Assembly: GCA_963719315.1 (NCBI GenBank)
Contig: CAVRBU010000012.1
Location: 32,001-96,000 of the forward strand
Source: an uncultured Planctomycetota bacterium
Lineage (GTDB): Bacteria; Planctomycetota; Planctomycetia; Pirellulales; Lacipirellulaceae
DNA: 64,000 nucleotides
Direction of reading: 5' to 3'
The notes beneath the pieces are model-generated. The model made no database searches. It was given only the letters and a program-made list of their open reading frames with translations, and had not been told where the DNA came from. This document shows positions 11,937 to 22,465 of the stretch, piece after piece (the stretch's first letter is position 1; every line of letters begins with the position of its first letter). The translations under genes were made by a program, and so were the position numbers.

Positions 11937-12300
11937 ATGACAAGTTATCGTGGCATGAGCACTCTCATCTACCTCTTCACCACGGGAGCCGTAGTCGTTT
12001 ATTTTTTCTCGCGGATGGTCGTTACATCACGACCAGCGAAACTGGCTAGCGGTAACACCGGCGGCCGGAAAAAGATTGTGTGAACTCAGCCGCCAGAGAA
12101 GACGACAGCCCCAACTTCTGTGATTAGTTTCCAGAACGATAACCGTTAAATGTCCAAGTACTGGGGCTCACCGATTCATGCCCCCTTGAAGTTCACCTTT
12201 AGGAGTGACTACGCGGAAATTCTGTATCCATTCCACCAACCGAATCTTGGCGCCGGTAGGCGCTACCCGCTTCGCGAACACGTCCCAGCCAACAGCTCCA

Positions 12301-12675
12301 TCACAGTCGCCACTCCACACATGCTTCTGGATTTTCAAGAAACGCAAGTCCCTTTAATAGCTGGTCCACCGACGCCGGCTTCGTAAAGCGTAAGTCGAAA
12401 CCTGATTCCCTTGCTGTCTTTCCAATTGCTGGCCCGCAGTAACCAGTATGTGCAATGAGGACTGGCTTGCGACGAAGTTTGTCGCGGATCTTACTTGCGA
12501 CTTGAAAACCATCCAGCCATGGTAAATCAATACAACTGATGACAACGTCCGGCTTACTTTCCAACACGAGCTGCAGCCCCGCCCGTCCGTCGAACGCGGC
12601 ACTCAGTTCATTACCATACATACTTAAAAGACGGGAAAGAGTTTTCCCAAGAACAGGGCAACCCGAAATCATCAC
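12301..12675 (-). CDS. Atypical single-domain response regulator (receiver); start uncertain, possibly degenerate
   Basis: AFDGRAGL...KPDVVISCIDLPWLDGFQVA...LIAHTGY...GFDLRFTKP. The phosphoacceptor position is Cys. Confidence 0.6.
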   Translation of the reverse strand: MMISGCPVLGKTLSRLLSMYGNELSAAFDGRAGLQLVLESKPDVVISCIDLPWLDGFQVASKIRDKLRRKPVLIAHTGYCGPAIGKTARESGFDLRFTKPASVDQLLKGLAFLENPEACVEWRL

Positions 12676-12957
12676 GATGCGATAGTTCCCAGTAACCGAT
12701 ACTTACCGCAGTAGCGAGGTATGAGGCGGCATGGGCCCTCTGTTTCGGAGACAAATTACCGTTTTAGTAACATTCGCCGAATCTCTCGGAATTAGCAGCC
12801 CACAGCGGGCGTTGCGGCCGCCAAGGCCACCCAATTCAAAAGCAGAGCTCCGTATTTGACCGCTAACGCGTTCAAACGAGTCGGTTCGACTCAGAACACC
12901 TGCCCATAAAAACCGTCGAAGGGGAGATTAGCCCCCTTCGACAAAAATAAAGGTTTT

Positions 12958-15900
12958 TTAAGATGTGAGGTTGGATTTCGACGTGGAGAGCGGCTCGAAC
13001 CAGCGATGCGGCATAAGGCCCAGGCCGATCAGGGCGAGTTGCGAGGCTGCGAATGTCAGTAGCCACATGGCGGTGCTGCTTTCCGATGCACCGTACGCGT
13101 GCAGGCCGACGCCATACTCGTTGACACCGAAATACGACCAAGTGGTGACGATATTGCCGGCGACGGCGAGCGTCGCCAAACCGCGGCCCTTGACGAGGCC
13201 GCCCCAACGGGCATGGAGTACAAGCGCATTCCAGAGTACGATCATGAGCGCTCCGTTTTCTTTTGGGTCCCAGCCCCAGAAGCGGCCCCAAGAATCGTCG
13301 GCCCACAGCCCGCCAAGCACCGTGCCGACGAAGCTGAAGAAGATCGCAAAGCAGAGCGTACCGTACAACGTTCGTAGGACTTTCTTGCGGGCATCTTCAT
13401 TGATTACAGGGAACACGTGCGTACACAGGATGTACACGATGCCCCAGGCCCCGGCGGCGTAGGTTGCAGCGTACCCCAGGTTGATTGTGATCACGTGCGT
13501 GGCAAGCCAGAACTGTGTATCGAGCACGGCCTGCAAGACGATAAACGTGTCGCCATCGAGTGACAGATTGTAAGCGAGGAACAACGTAATGAAGCCAATG
13601 ACGGAGGCCACAATGTTTGCCAATCCCAGCTTTTGAATTGATTCCAGGATGAGCGAGAGGAGTACTGCCGCCCAACCAATGAAAATGGCCGTCGAATACA
13701 AATTCGTAATTGGCGGCCGGCCGGAAATGTAAATCCGCGACACCAGCGCAAATGTGTGCAAGGCAAAGGTGAACCACAGCAGCCAGATGGATGCCCGCCG
13801 GAGCGGCTGTGTCCAGCCGATCCACGAGAGGACACCCAACACGAACGCAAAAACGTACAGCACACAGGCGTAATAGAATGGGCTGAACTGATTGAAGAAG
13901 ACTTCAAAATTGGATTTTGCCTGCGAATACACCTCCGAGTTCGCAATGCCCGCGGACCGAAGCTGTTTGGCATTTTCGACAAGCGATTGCTCGTATTTGT
14001 TCAACAGGGCGCGGTAATCCACTAAATGCTTGTTGAAGCTCGCAATATCGCCGCTAGCATAGGCTTTGAGCAGAGAGCCTAGTGCTATCGTCGCCGGATT
14101 CAGCGGCCGCTGCAGTTGATCGTGATATTGCAGCTCCAGACCGGCCTGAATATACGGTGCCCATTCGCCAACAGCCGTGGTAGGCGGTACAGCAAACGGC
14201 GGGCTGGCGCGGAGCAACTCTTGCAGCGCCGCGATGACTGGTTGTGGATCGTCACTTTCGGTTGGCGAGCGGAACGCTTCAACCAGGACCGAATAAAAAT
14301 CATACTTTCGTCCCAGCTCGAGAACTTTGATTTGAAACAGGGAGCGGTCCTTCTCGGGCGTCGCCTCCGCGAGCATCCGTTGTCGATCGAGTTCCGTCCT
14401 GACGTTTGGTTGATCAGGGAGATTCGCGACCTTGCTCGTGATCTCGTTGAGCGAGTACCGCCAGAAAAGTGGTCGATGTTCCAGGCCCAGCGCGTCGAGA
14501 AGGTCGAGATTTTCAACGCGGAAGACGCGATGGTCACCCGCGCCGTTGGCTCCGCAGATTGCGTCGAGCAGCCAGCGAATCGCCGGCAGGTGCGACGCGA
14601 CTTTACCCTGTTCATTGAGAACCCCTACTTCCTGTCGGCCAGACAGGATTTGCAGACTGTTGCGGGCGAGCGTGTCGTAGGGCTTAACACGGCCTTCGTA
14701 GACGACTGGGAACTTCGCCAACTCATAAATCTGCATTTCGCCGGGTGAGGAGTGTGGCATGCGGGCTTTGCCCACCATGTAGCCGGCAAATACGATCAAC
14801 ACGAGAGCCGGAAACCACTTAGCAATCGTTGTCCAGCGATTCGTGGCGGCGATCGTCGTCGCGCTTCCACGGTAATTGTGCTTTCGTTCGCGTTCAACGA
14901 CCTGATCCGCAATCGCGGCAGCGTCGAATCGTTGCTCATCCTCGGCGCGGCGCTGTAGGTACCGAAACAGCATCAAGCTGAAATGCGCTAGCATGCCGAT
15001 CCCGACGAGCATGCAACCTACGTACGGTGTCATCCAGCTTGGGTTCTTGACGACCTGCAGCACGGTGCTTTTTTCGGTTCTCTTGTCGAAGCTCGATTGA
15101 TAGAACGTGATGCCCGCGTAACGCAACGGGTTGTTCATCCAAATCGGCACCTCGCGCTCGATATGATATTTTGGATCCTTAAAGACCACGAGCGACGAAT
15201 AGTTTTTGGCGGTGTCGGTGCCGGCATAGCGATCGAACCGGAAATCCTTCAGCGTCACCGCGAAGGGATGGTAAATGCGTTTGTAACGCAGGGCCACGTC
15301 GTAGGTGTGGCCGTCGGACTCTACTGGCTGGTCGGCAAATTCTTGCGACATGAGATACGTGCCGAGACTCCGCCCGGACTTCTTCGAGACCAACTCAACG
15401 TAGGCCGCGGCGGTATCGACCTTGCCGGCATCCTGGCCCACGCCGGTGGCGGGTGGTGCCGCGCCGGCAATTTGGTGCATGCCGAAACCAACTGTCGCGG
15501 CGTTCGATTCGCCCTCAATCGGAGCGCAGAGCGCGGAGTTTTTCAGCCAGCGATGGACGCGAATCGTGAATGGCAAATCGGGATGATCGATGGGCTCCGC
15601 TTCGCCGACATTCGTTACCAGCAGTTCCACCGGAATCACCGTCACGAGGTCGTGATCGCCCTGCGAGTGGTCGACCACCGCTAACTCACTGGTGCGGACG
15701 TCGCTGGAGTAGATGGCAGTTTCGCCTTCGCCGATGACCATCTGCGATTCCTCGGCTGCCACGGCCGTAAATAGCTCGGTAAGCATGATCAGAGCTATAC
15801 CACCATGCAGGAGCACAATGCCCGCCCGCTTGCGGAATACCAGGATGCCGCCGACGAGCAGCACGATCGCCGACGCTGAGCCTTTGGCAAGCTGCCACAA

Positions 15901-16623
15901 AATGCGAATGCCGGAGTTGTCGAGCCGAGCGTCGAGGTGGGCGAGTAGCCAGACGGTGAGAATTGCCAGGAGGACATCGACGACGAGCAGCACGCGCCAC
16001 TCGATGAGTTTGTACTTGGCGGGCGCGTTCCAAAATGCAAGCACGTACGCGCCGGAGGCAGTCAGCACCACAAGCAGGGCGCGGAAACAATGCCAGAACG
16101 TATCGCAGAAAGCGCCCGAGAGTTCGCTTTCCACTCCCTGGTTTGTGCCGCTGCGGATGACCAAATACGTCACCAACAATCCGGTGGCGATCGTCGCCAA
16201 TCCGGCGAACAATCGCCTGCCTGACGCGGCGACTTTGAATCGCATGGTGTGGGCCGCAGCGAGGTTGATGAGCAAAGCGAGGCCGAGAGCCTTCCCTCCA
16301 GGAAAGGGGAACCAGCCTTGCAGCCTCCAATCCACGCTTTTGCGGAATAGTTGGACGAGTCGCTCGAAGACCTGGAGGTCGACGTGAGCAAGCCACACGC
16401 GGAAATACGTGTCGTTGACGACACGCCAAACGTCCTGGTCCTTTTGGGCGAGTGTGCCTACAAAAACCAGAAATATCGATAGCGAAAACAGGACGACGGT
16501 GAGTCGTAGTGACGCGAGCGTACTGAACACTTGCTTAAGGGAGAACTGCGCGACGGACAGTTGCGATCGCGAGTCGGCTGGTTGCAATAGGCCGCGAGGC
16601 GGCGCAACGTCACTTGTTGCCAT
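12958..16623 (-). CDS. ccsBA: Fused cytochrome c biogenesis protein CcsBA (system II)
   Basis: ResB-like N-part (LASLRLTVVL, LLHGG, MNNPLRY, FYQSSF) plus CcsA part (GRPPITNLY, WLATHV, WADDSWGRFWGWDPKEN, GLHAYG); ATG 16623 with RBS GGTGGAG. Confidence 0.92.
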   Translation of the reverse strand: MATSDVAPPRGLLQPADSRSQLSVAQFSLKQVFSTLASLRLTVVLFSLSIFLVFVGTLAQKDQDVWRVVNDTYFRVWLAHVDLQVFERLVQLFRKSVDWRLQGWFPFPGGKALGLALLINLAAAHTMRFKVAASGRRLFAGLATIATGLLVTYLVIRSGTNQGVESELSGAFCDTFWHCFRALLVVLTASGAYVLAFWNAPAKYKLIEWRVLLVVDVLLAILTVWLLAHLDARLDNSGIRILWQLAKGSASAIVLLVGGILVFRKRAGIVLLHGGIALIMLTELFTAVAAEESQMVIGEGETAIYSSDVRTSELAVVDHSQGDHDLVTVIPVELLVTNVGEAEPIDHPDLPFTIRVHRWLKNSALCAPIEGESNAATVGFGMHQIAGAAPPATGVGQDAGKVDTAAAYVELVSKKSGRSLGTYLMSQEFADQPVESDGHTYDVALRYKRIYHPFAVTLKDFRFDRYAGTDTAKNYSSLVVFKDPKYHIEREVPIWMNNPLRYAGITFYQSSFDKRTEKSTVLQVVKNPSWMTPYVGCMLVGIGMLAHFSLMLFRYLQRRAEDEQRFDAAAIADQVVERERKHNYRGSATTIAATNRWTTIAKWFPALVLIVFAGYMVGKARMPHSSPGEMQIYELAKFPVVYEGRVKPYDTLARNSLQILSGRQEVGVLNEQGKVASHLPAIRWLLDAICGANGAGDHRVFRVENLDLLDALGLEHRPLFWRYSLNEITSKVANLPDQPNVRTELDRQRMLAEATPEKDRSLFQIKVLELGRKYDFYSVLVEAFRSPTESDDPQPVIAALQELLRASPPFAVPPTTAVGEWAPYIQAGLELQYHDQLQRPLNPATIALGSLLKAYASGDIASFNKHLVDYRALLNKYEQSLVENAKQLRSAGIANSEVYSQAKSNFEVFFNQFSPFYYACVLYVFAFVLGVLSWIGWTQPLRRASIWLLWFTFALHTFALVSRIYISGRPPITNLYSTAIFIGWAAVLLSLILESIQKLGLANIVASVIGFITLFLAYNLSLDGDTFIVLQAVLDTQFWLATHVITINLGYAATYAAGAWGIVYILCTHVFPVINEDARKKVLRTLYGTLCFAIFFSFVGTVLGGLWADDSWGRFWGWDPKENGALMIVLWNALVLHARWGGLVKGRGLATLAVAGNIVTTWSYFGVNEYGVGLHAYGASESSTAMWLLTFAASQLALIGLGLMPHRWFEPLSTSKSNLTS

Positions 16624-16775
16624 CAGTTGCTCCACCGCCGGCGGCGAACCGCAGCGAGTTCAAGAACAATATAAACGCAACTTCCTGGGCGGTGACGACC
16701 TCGCGATCGCCGTGCAATTTTATAAACCAACTCTGCCCGCCGGAAGCGAACGTCGCGTCGAGCGCAGCCAGCCTG
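16610..16775 (-). pseudogene. C-terminal remnant of a lipoprotein paralogous to 24783..25430
   Basis: GGQSWFIKLHGDREVVTAQEVAFILFLNSLRF resembles GGQLHFIKATGPQKTIASHAAAIQQFIRSAK; overlaps the ccsBA start; no matching N-terminus. Confidence 0.5.
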
Positions 16776-17008
16776 GCCTGCGACTGGTGCAATCGACATG
16801 CGGTCCGCAGCTTCGAATTGTAGCGGAAATGCGGTCGAATGGTACGGCAGGATTTCGAGTTTCGACCGCGCAAAAAAAAGAGAATACGAGAGCATCAGAC
16901 GCACGGTCGGAGTTCACGACTATCTCGATACGACAAAACAGGTGTCACTAAATAAGGATTCTCCCGCCACGTCGCCGATTTCGGTCAACAGGTACACGCC
17001 AACACAAT

Positions 17009-17302
17009 CTAATCCGCCAGCTGAAACAGCCGCTCAAGTGCGTCCAGAAGTCGAGGAGAGGAATTGTCGAATGTTTCGTCGCGCAAGGATTCCAGCGGCG
17101 GACGGAGGATGGTCGCAACGAGGCAGTCAGCAAAGTGTCCGATCTCTAGCCGAGAACGCTCGTCCAACCCGGGCAATCGATGGTAGAGCCGGTCGAGCTC
17201 TTTGGTCCGGATGCTCGTTAAGGCGGCGCGAAAGCGCGCAATCACCGGATCGTTGTTCCGATCAAAGCCATCGGTCGCGTCAATACTTTTTTTGAAGCAC
17301 AT
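17009..17302 (-). CDS. Small protein consisting only of a glutamyl-tRNA reductase dimerisation domain
   Basis: Last 80 aa align without gaps to the HemA C-terminus in this window (49/80 identical by hand count); own ATG with RBS GAGGA. Confidence 0.75.
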   Translation of the reverse strand: MCFKKSIDATDGFDRNNDPVIARFRAALTSIRTKELDRLYHRLPGLDERSRLEIGHFADCLVATILRPPLESLRDETFDNSSPRLLDALERLFQLAD

Positions 17303-17549
17303 GCCGGGTTCCTCGAGTTTCCGAAGAGGTCAGATAGTAGCAGGGCGATTTGGGAGGGCACAAGTCTGTTACATGATTGCAATTTCGCTGTGCTGGCACT
17401 CACTATTCGGCTTTGACATTGCTCACCGAGGTTGCTAGCCTTCGCCCGCCATTCTGCCATTTGAATGGCGCACTGCGGAAGATAGCACACAACCTTTCGT
17501 TTAGGCAGTTCATGCTATGTTCGGCAACTGCCACAAGCGGTAAGCGTAA

Positions 17550-17975
17550 ATGACGTCCGGCGTCAAACTTATGATCGGAGCGATTCTAGTGGCTGGGGCT
17601 ATCGGCTACCTCGCTTATGTTGGTGCGGCCAGCAGTTGGCAGTATTACTTATCGGTAGATGAAGCAGTCGGCGAATCGGCAAGCCTAATGGGAAAGCAGA
17701 TTCGGGTGAGTGGTCGGGTTTCGCCTGGAACCCTTGCTATTGTCGATGACCGCCGCGAGGCGACGTTCGAGTTGCTCGGCGATCGGCACGCGATGCACGC
17801 CACGTGTCGCTGTTTGATGCCGGACAATCTTGCCGAGAACATCGACGTCGTAGTCGAGGGAACACTCCAAGCGAACGGCATCAAAGGACACAAGGTGATC
17901 ACACGCTGCGCGAGCAAGTATCAGCCGAAGCAAACGTCAAACTCGCCCGTTGAGCCGCCCGCCAAACGGACGTAA
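17550..17975 (+). CDS. ccmE: Heme chaperone CcmE, CxxxY type
   Basis: N-terminal TM, YYLSVDE, IRVSGRV, PDNL...VVVEG, CASKY. Confidence 0.88.
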   Translation: MTSGVKLMIGAILVAGAIGYLAYVGAASSWQYYLSVDEAVGESASLMGKQIRVSGRVSPGTLAIVDDRREATFELLGDRHAMHATCRCLMPDNLAENIDVVVEGTLQANGIKGHKVITRCASKYQPKQTSNSPVEPPAKRT

Positions 17976-18035
17976 GTGGCCATTGTCTTTTGCTGCCCCG
18001 CCTTGCGTTGAACGATGCTCAGCGAAGGACCAGCG

Positions 18036-20040
18036 ATGAGAGTGCTCGGCGAAATATGTTTGCTTGTTAGCCTAGTCGCAACAGGCTATGGGGCCTTTCT
18101 ATCGGTTGGCCAAGGAACCGCTGCGCCGGCCGCGGCAGCGGCTTGCCACGTATGCCGCACTCGTTGGATTCGCATCTTTGACAATCACCTTGGTCGTCCT
18201 CGCATGGGCACTTGTCTCAAGGGACTTTCGTTTTGAATACGTTGGGCAGTACGCCAGTCGACTATTGCCTTGGCAGTATTGCTTCTCAGCGCTCTGGGTG
18301 GGCCAGGCAGGTTCATTGCTACTTTGGTCGTGGATGATGGGCATTTTAGCGATGGTGCTGGGCATTGCGCCCGCCGTGGACACCGAGGTGAGAGATACTG
18401 CCTTCGGTTTGGTCATGGGCAATGTCTGCTTCATCGTGGCGGTGATGATATTCGCCGCCGATCCGATGGCACCCAGCCTGATTGTGGCGGATGAAGGCGC
18501 AGGGCTCAGTCCACTACTGCAACATCCGTCAATGCTCATCCACCCACCGATCGTATTCCTTTCCTACGCTGCCTGGTCGGTGCCCTGTGCTCTGGCCTTG
18601 GCCGCGCTTTGGCATCGTCGTATCGACGCGAGCTGGACACAGATGGCCCGGCCGTGGGCAATTTCGGCGTGGACAATACTCGGTGTCGGCCTGTTGCTCG
18701 GCGCGCACTGGGCATATCAGGAGCTTGGCTGGGGCGGTTATTGGGGTTGGGACCCCGTTGAAAACGGCTCGCTGTTGCCCTGGCTTACAGGCACCGCGTT
18801 GATTCACAGTTTAATGGCGTGGCGCTTTCGCCAACGATTGAAGAAGACCGCCTTCGCACTGGCAATTTGCACCTTCGCCCTTTGCAATTTCGCAACATTT
18901 CTTACACGCAGCGGCATCTTTAGCAGCGTTCACGCATTCAGCGAGTCGCCCATCGGATGGATGTTTCTCGCGCTGATGAGCTCGCTGACGGTTGGGGGTA
19001 TAGCGCTACTGATACGCGGCCGTGTCGCGCTTAGTTGCGAGCCGCTGCCGACCAGTTTGTTGGCCCGCGAGTCGTTGATTTTCGTTTCCGTCTTCTTGCT
19101 TCTGCTGCTGACGGTCGTGGTGCTCGTAGGCACATTGGTCGCGCCGGTGTCGAGGATTGTAACCGGTCGGATAATTCAGGTCGGGCCTGCATTTTATAAC
19201 AACGTATTGCCCCCGATTGGTCTGAGCCTGCTGGCGATCACTGCGGCCGTTCCCTTGCTCAGGTGGGGCGCTCCGCCAACGGTGCGAGGCCGCAGGCTCC
19301 TTGCTATTTGTCTTCTAATCGGCCTGATAGTCACTGCACTAAGTTTCGCCTTAGGTGTGCGACATCCGTTGGTACTCATTGTAATTGGCCTTGTGGCCCT
19401 TGCCCCTTGCACGCTATTGGCCGCAGGTTGGGAAAATGTTCGGGAACGCAAATCGCGTTGGCGCTGGAATGAGCTGTTGCATACGTTGTCGAGCGGTCGT
19501 CGTAAGTATGCCGCTTATGCCATCCACTTGGGTATCTTTTGTGTGGCGATTGGTATAGCCGGCTCTTCGCTCGGCACGCGACGACAGGAATTCACACTGG
19601 CTGAAGGAGACGTGATTGAATGGGAAGGCCGTCTGGTTCGCTACGTGCGACTTGAACAGAAGCAATTGCCAGATAAGTTGGTGGCCGAAGCCGTGTTGGA
19701 AATTGTTCGAGACGGTTCTGCACCAGTCGAATTGCGGCCGGCCCGCCATCTACACTTGTTACAAAACGAATGGACGACGGAAGTCGCCATCCATTCCACT
19801 TGGCTTGGAGATTTCTACACCGTCCTCAACGCCGGACTTGGTGATGGGCGCGTGGCGATTACGCTCGTCAACAATCCGATGATGAGGTGGATTTGGTTAG
19901 GCGGGTTCGTGACCACGGTCAGCGCGATCCTTGCCGCTTGGCCGACTCGTCGCGGGAGACAGACGAACGTGCAATCCGCTGAGCCGGCAGCTGATCAATC
20001 GTCGCGGAATAAACTTCCGCCAAGTACGCGTGCCGCCTGA
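18036..20040 (+). CDS. ccmF: Heme lyase CcmF (frameshift near 18105-18130)
   Basis: LWVGQAGSLLLW, GLSPLLQHPSMLIHPP, WAYQELGWGGYWGWDPVEN, LTRSG..SVHAF. First TM (MRVLGEICLL) is in another frame from ATG 18036. Confidence 0.9.
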
Positions 20041-20083
20041 TGGTCTACGCCAGGTCGCGATGGCGTACCGACGTGATGTGCTT

Positions 20084-20833
20084 ATGGTTCCTAGAATCAA
20101 CAAAGAATTCGCTAACGCGATCGTCAATCCGGGCGTTATTGAGCCAGCAGTGCGCAACGCGGTGGATGTGATCGGCATGACCGTCATGCGCGATCGTGTA
20201 CCCGTGCTGCGCGACATTCATCTTTCCGTTACTCCGGGTGAAACAGTTACCTTCATGGGCCCGAACGGCGCGGGCAAATCAACACTTTTAAGGTGCTTTG
20301 CTGGTGTGGTGCGACCCGTGCATGGCGAAATCCACTGGTTTGGTAACTTCAAATCCCGCTCGCTGGCTACTCGACGGCGCATCGGATTTGCGGCCCACGA
20401 TCCAGGACTGTACTCCGAGCTTACCGCTTTGGAAAACTTAGTATTTACATGTCGCATGTACGGTGTGCCAGAACCCGGCAAGCACGCAACAGAGTTATTG
20501 ACCGATGCCGGTCTTGAGGCGGCCGCGAATCAAATGGTTGGACAACTCTCTCAAGGTATGCGGCAACGCTTGGCGATAACACGGGCCATAGTTCACCGCC
20601 CCGATCTAATTCTGCTCGATGAACCATTTGCGAGCCTTGATGCGCAAGGTCGCGATTGGCTCGAACGGCTGTTCCAGCAATGGCGGGCGGCTGGGCGGAC
20701 CCTATGTTTCGCCAGCCATGATATTCGCGAAAACCACGGTCTAGCCGACCGTATCGTGTCGCTGGATGGTGGTTGCATCGTTGCCATCGAACCAACCAAA
20801 CGTCTTCCTATGTGTTTGCCGCAGAGTGCTTGA
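20084..20833 (+). CDS. ccmA: Heme exporter ATPase CcmA (start uncertain)
   Basis: GPNGAGKST, LSQGMRQR, LLDEPF, SHD; ccm operon context. Confidence 0.85.
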   Translation: MVPRINKEFANAIVNPGVIEPAVRNAVDVIGMTVMRDRVPVLRDIHLSVTPGETVTFMGPNGAGKSTLLRCFAGVVRPVHGEIHWFGNFKSRSLATRRRIGFAAHDPGLYSELTALENLVFTCRMYGVPEPGKHATELLTDAGLEAAANQMVGQLSQGMRQRLAITRAIVHRPDLILLDEPFASLDAQGRDWLERLFQQWRAAGRTLCFASHDIRENHGLADRIVSLDGGCIVAIEPTKRLPMCLPQSA

Positions 20834-21519
20834 TGAGAGTACCTGAGTCAGCCCGATCCATTTGGTGGCTAATCCACAAAGATCTGACCCGAGAGCTACG
20901 CGCGCACACGACCTGGCCGGGTATGCTGCTACTCGGACTCGTGATGGTATTTCTCTTGGCGACACAAATTACATTGTCGCTGGATCAAAAGTCTCCCCTC
21001 GTTGGCGGATTGTTGTGGCTGTCCATTTTCTTCGCCGGCACATCAGCACTGGAACGGTCGTTCACGAGCGAACGCGACGCCGGATGTTGGCAAGTGCTAA
21101 CCTTGTATCCAGTCGACCCGAGTGTTCACTTTCTAGCCAAGACGGCCGTGAATATGATCTCGCTGGCGATATTGGAGTGCGTCCTCATTCCCGCGTTTAT
21201 CGTGTTGACCGACGTGCCGCTTCTCGCGCGACCCGGTCCTTTACTGTTGATTGTGGCACTAGGGACAATCTGCTTCGCTTCGATTGGAACGCTTGTAAGC
21301 GCCTTAGCGGCCGGTCTCCGGTTTCGCGGCGGCTTGCTCGCGCTATTACTGCTGCCGTTGGTTACGCCGGTCGTACTGGCGTCCGCCGAGGCAACCCGAA
21401 TCGTACTTGCGGGCGAGAGCGATCTGACTTTCTGGCTGTGGACTCGCCTCCTGGCCGTTTTTTCCCTGGTGTTCACGATTTCAGGCGCTGTGTTGTTCGA
21501 ATTCGTGATGGAGGATTAG
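20833..21519 (+). CDS. ccmB: Heme exporter permease CcmB
   Basis: KDLTRELR, LERSFTSERDAG, LLLLPLVTPV; TGATG overlap with ccmA. Confidence 0.88.
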   Translation: MRVPESARSIWWLIHKDLTRELRAHTTWPGMLLLGLVMVFLLATQITLSLDQKSPLVGGLLWLSIFFAGTSALERSFTSERDAGCWQVLTLYPVDPSVHFLAKTAVNMISLAILECVLIPAFIVLTDVPLLARPGPLLLIVALGTICFASIGTLVSALAAGLRFRGGLLALLLLPLVTPVVLASAEATRIVLAGESDLTFWLWTRLLAVFSLVFTISGAVLFEFVMED

Positions 21520-21523
21520 GTGC

Positions 21524-22243
21524 ATGAATGCCCGACCGATGTACGGCGTTTCGATCGCCGCAATTGCTGCAACGACGCTGATCGCCTCTCTTGTGCTTAC
21601 TGCGTTGTTCATGATCTTCTTGGTTGCGCCTACGGAGGCGACCATGGGCGAAGTGCAAAGAATCGTGTACCTGCACGTGTCTGTCGCCTGGTGTGGCTTG
21701 GCGGCAATGTTCGTGACGGCGTTGTGCGGCGCGATGTATCTCGCACATCGCCGGTTGGAATGGGACTTTTGGTCCCAAGCAGCCGCCGAGGTGGGATTCT
21801 TATGCGCAACGCTCACTCTCGTGACCGGTTCAGCATGGGCGCACGAAGCGTGGGGCACCTGGTGGACTTGGGAGCCGCGTCTCACATCATCTTTCGTGAT
21901 GTGGATCATGTATTCCGGGATTCTGTTGGTCCGATCAAGCATTGAAGACCCACGTCGCCGTGGGAGGACGAGCGCGGTGCTGGCGTTAATTGGTGTGGCC
22001 GACGTGCCGCTGGTGCTCATGGCCACCCGCTGGTTTCGCGGCGTGCATCCCGTCGCCCCGGAAATGGACTCGCATATGCGGATCGTGTTGCTAATGTCCG
22101 TCGTGAGCTTCACCGCACTGTTTGCGTATTTGATCGTACAGCGAAGGCGACAATTGGCGCTTGCTGAACAGGTAGCCGAAGCCGAGTCTTCGGCGTGGTG
22201 CCCAAGCGCGACGCCACGACCGAGCCTCAGGCAGTCAATTTGA
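21524..22243 (+). CDS. ccmC: Heme exporter CcmC
   Basis: QRIVYLHV, WAHEAWGTWWTWEPRLT, RGVHP. Confidence 0.9.
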   Translation: MNARPMYGVSIAAIAATTLIASLVLTALFMIFLVAPTEATMGEVQRIVYLHVSVAWCGLAAMFVTALCGAMYLAHRRLEWDFWSQAAAEVGFLCATLTLVTGSAWAHEAWGTWWTWEPRLTSSFVMWIMYSGILLVRSSIEDPRRRGRTSAVLALIGVADVPLVLMATRWFRGVHPVAPEMDSHMRIVLLMSVVSFTALFAYLIVQRRRQLALAEQVAEAESSAWCPSATPRPSLRQSI

Positions 22244-22256
22244 CGGAGGGCGAATC

Positions 22257-22418
22257 ATGGAAACTTTGGTGACAACATACGCTGTGGCCGTGCTGGCTGT
22301 GTGCGCCTATGTAGTTTGGCTGGGCCTTGGAACACGACGCCTCGCACGACGCTGGCGCAAATTGCAGACAAGCTTCCAATCCCCTTCAGGTAATTCAATT
22401 TCCAGAGTGGTTGCCTGA
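22257..22418 (+). CDS. ccmD: CcmD-like small membrane protein (53 aa, absent from ORF track)
   Basis: METLVTTYAVAVLAVCAYVVWLGLGTRRLARRWRKL...: one TM then a basic tail; RBS GGAGGG; directly after ccmC. Confidence 0.7.
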   Translation: METLVTTYAVAVLAVCAYVVWLGLGTRRLARRWRKLQTSFQSPSGNSISRVVA

Positions 22419-22465
22419 GTTTGTGAGTTAAGCGCGCCGCTTGTGATTGCTTTGTGGAGAATCGG

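Noticed and set aside
11955..12123. Small hydrophobic ORF (MSTLIYLFTTGAVVVYFF...)
   Set aside because: No clear RBS or recognisable family; cannot be supported without homologs
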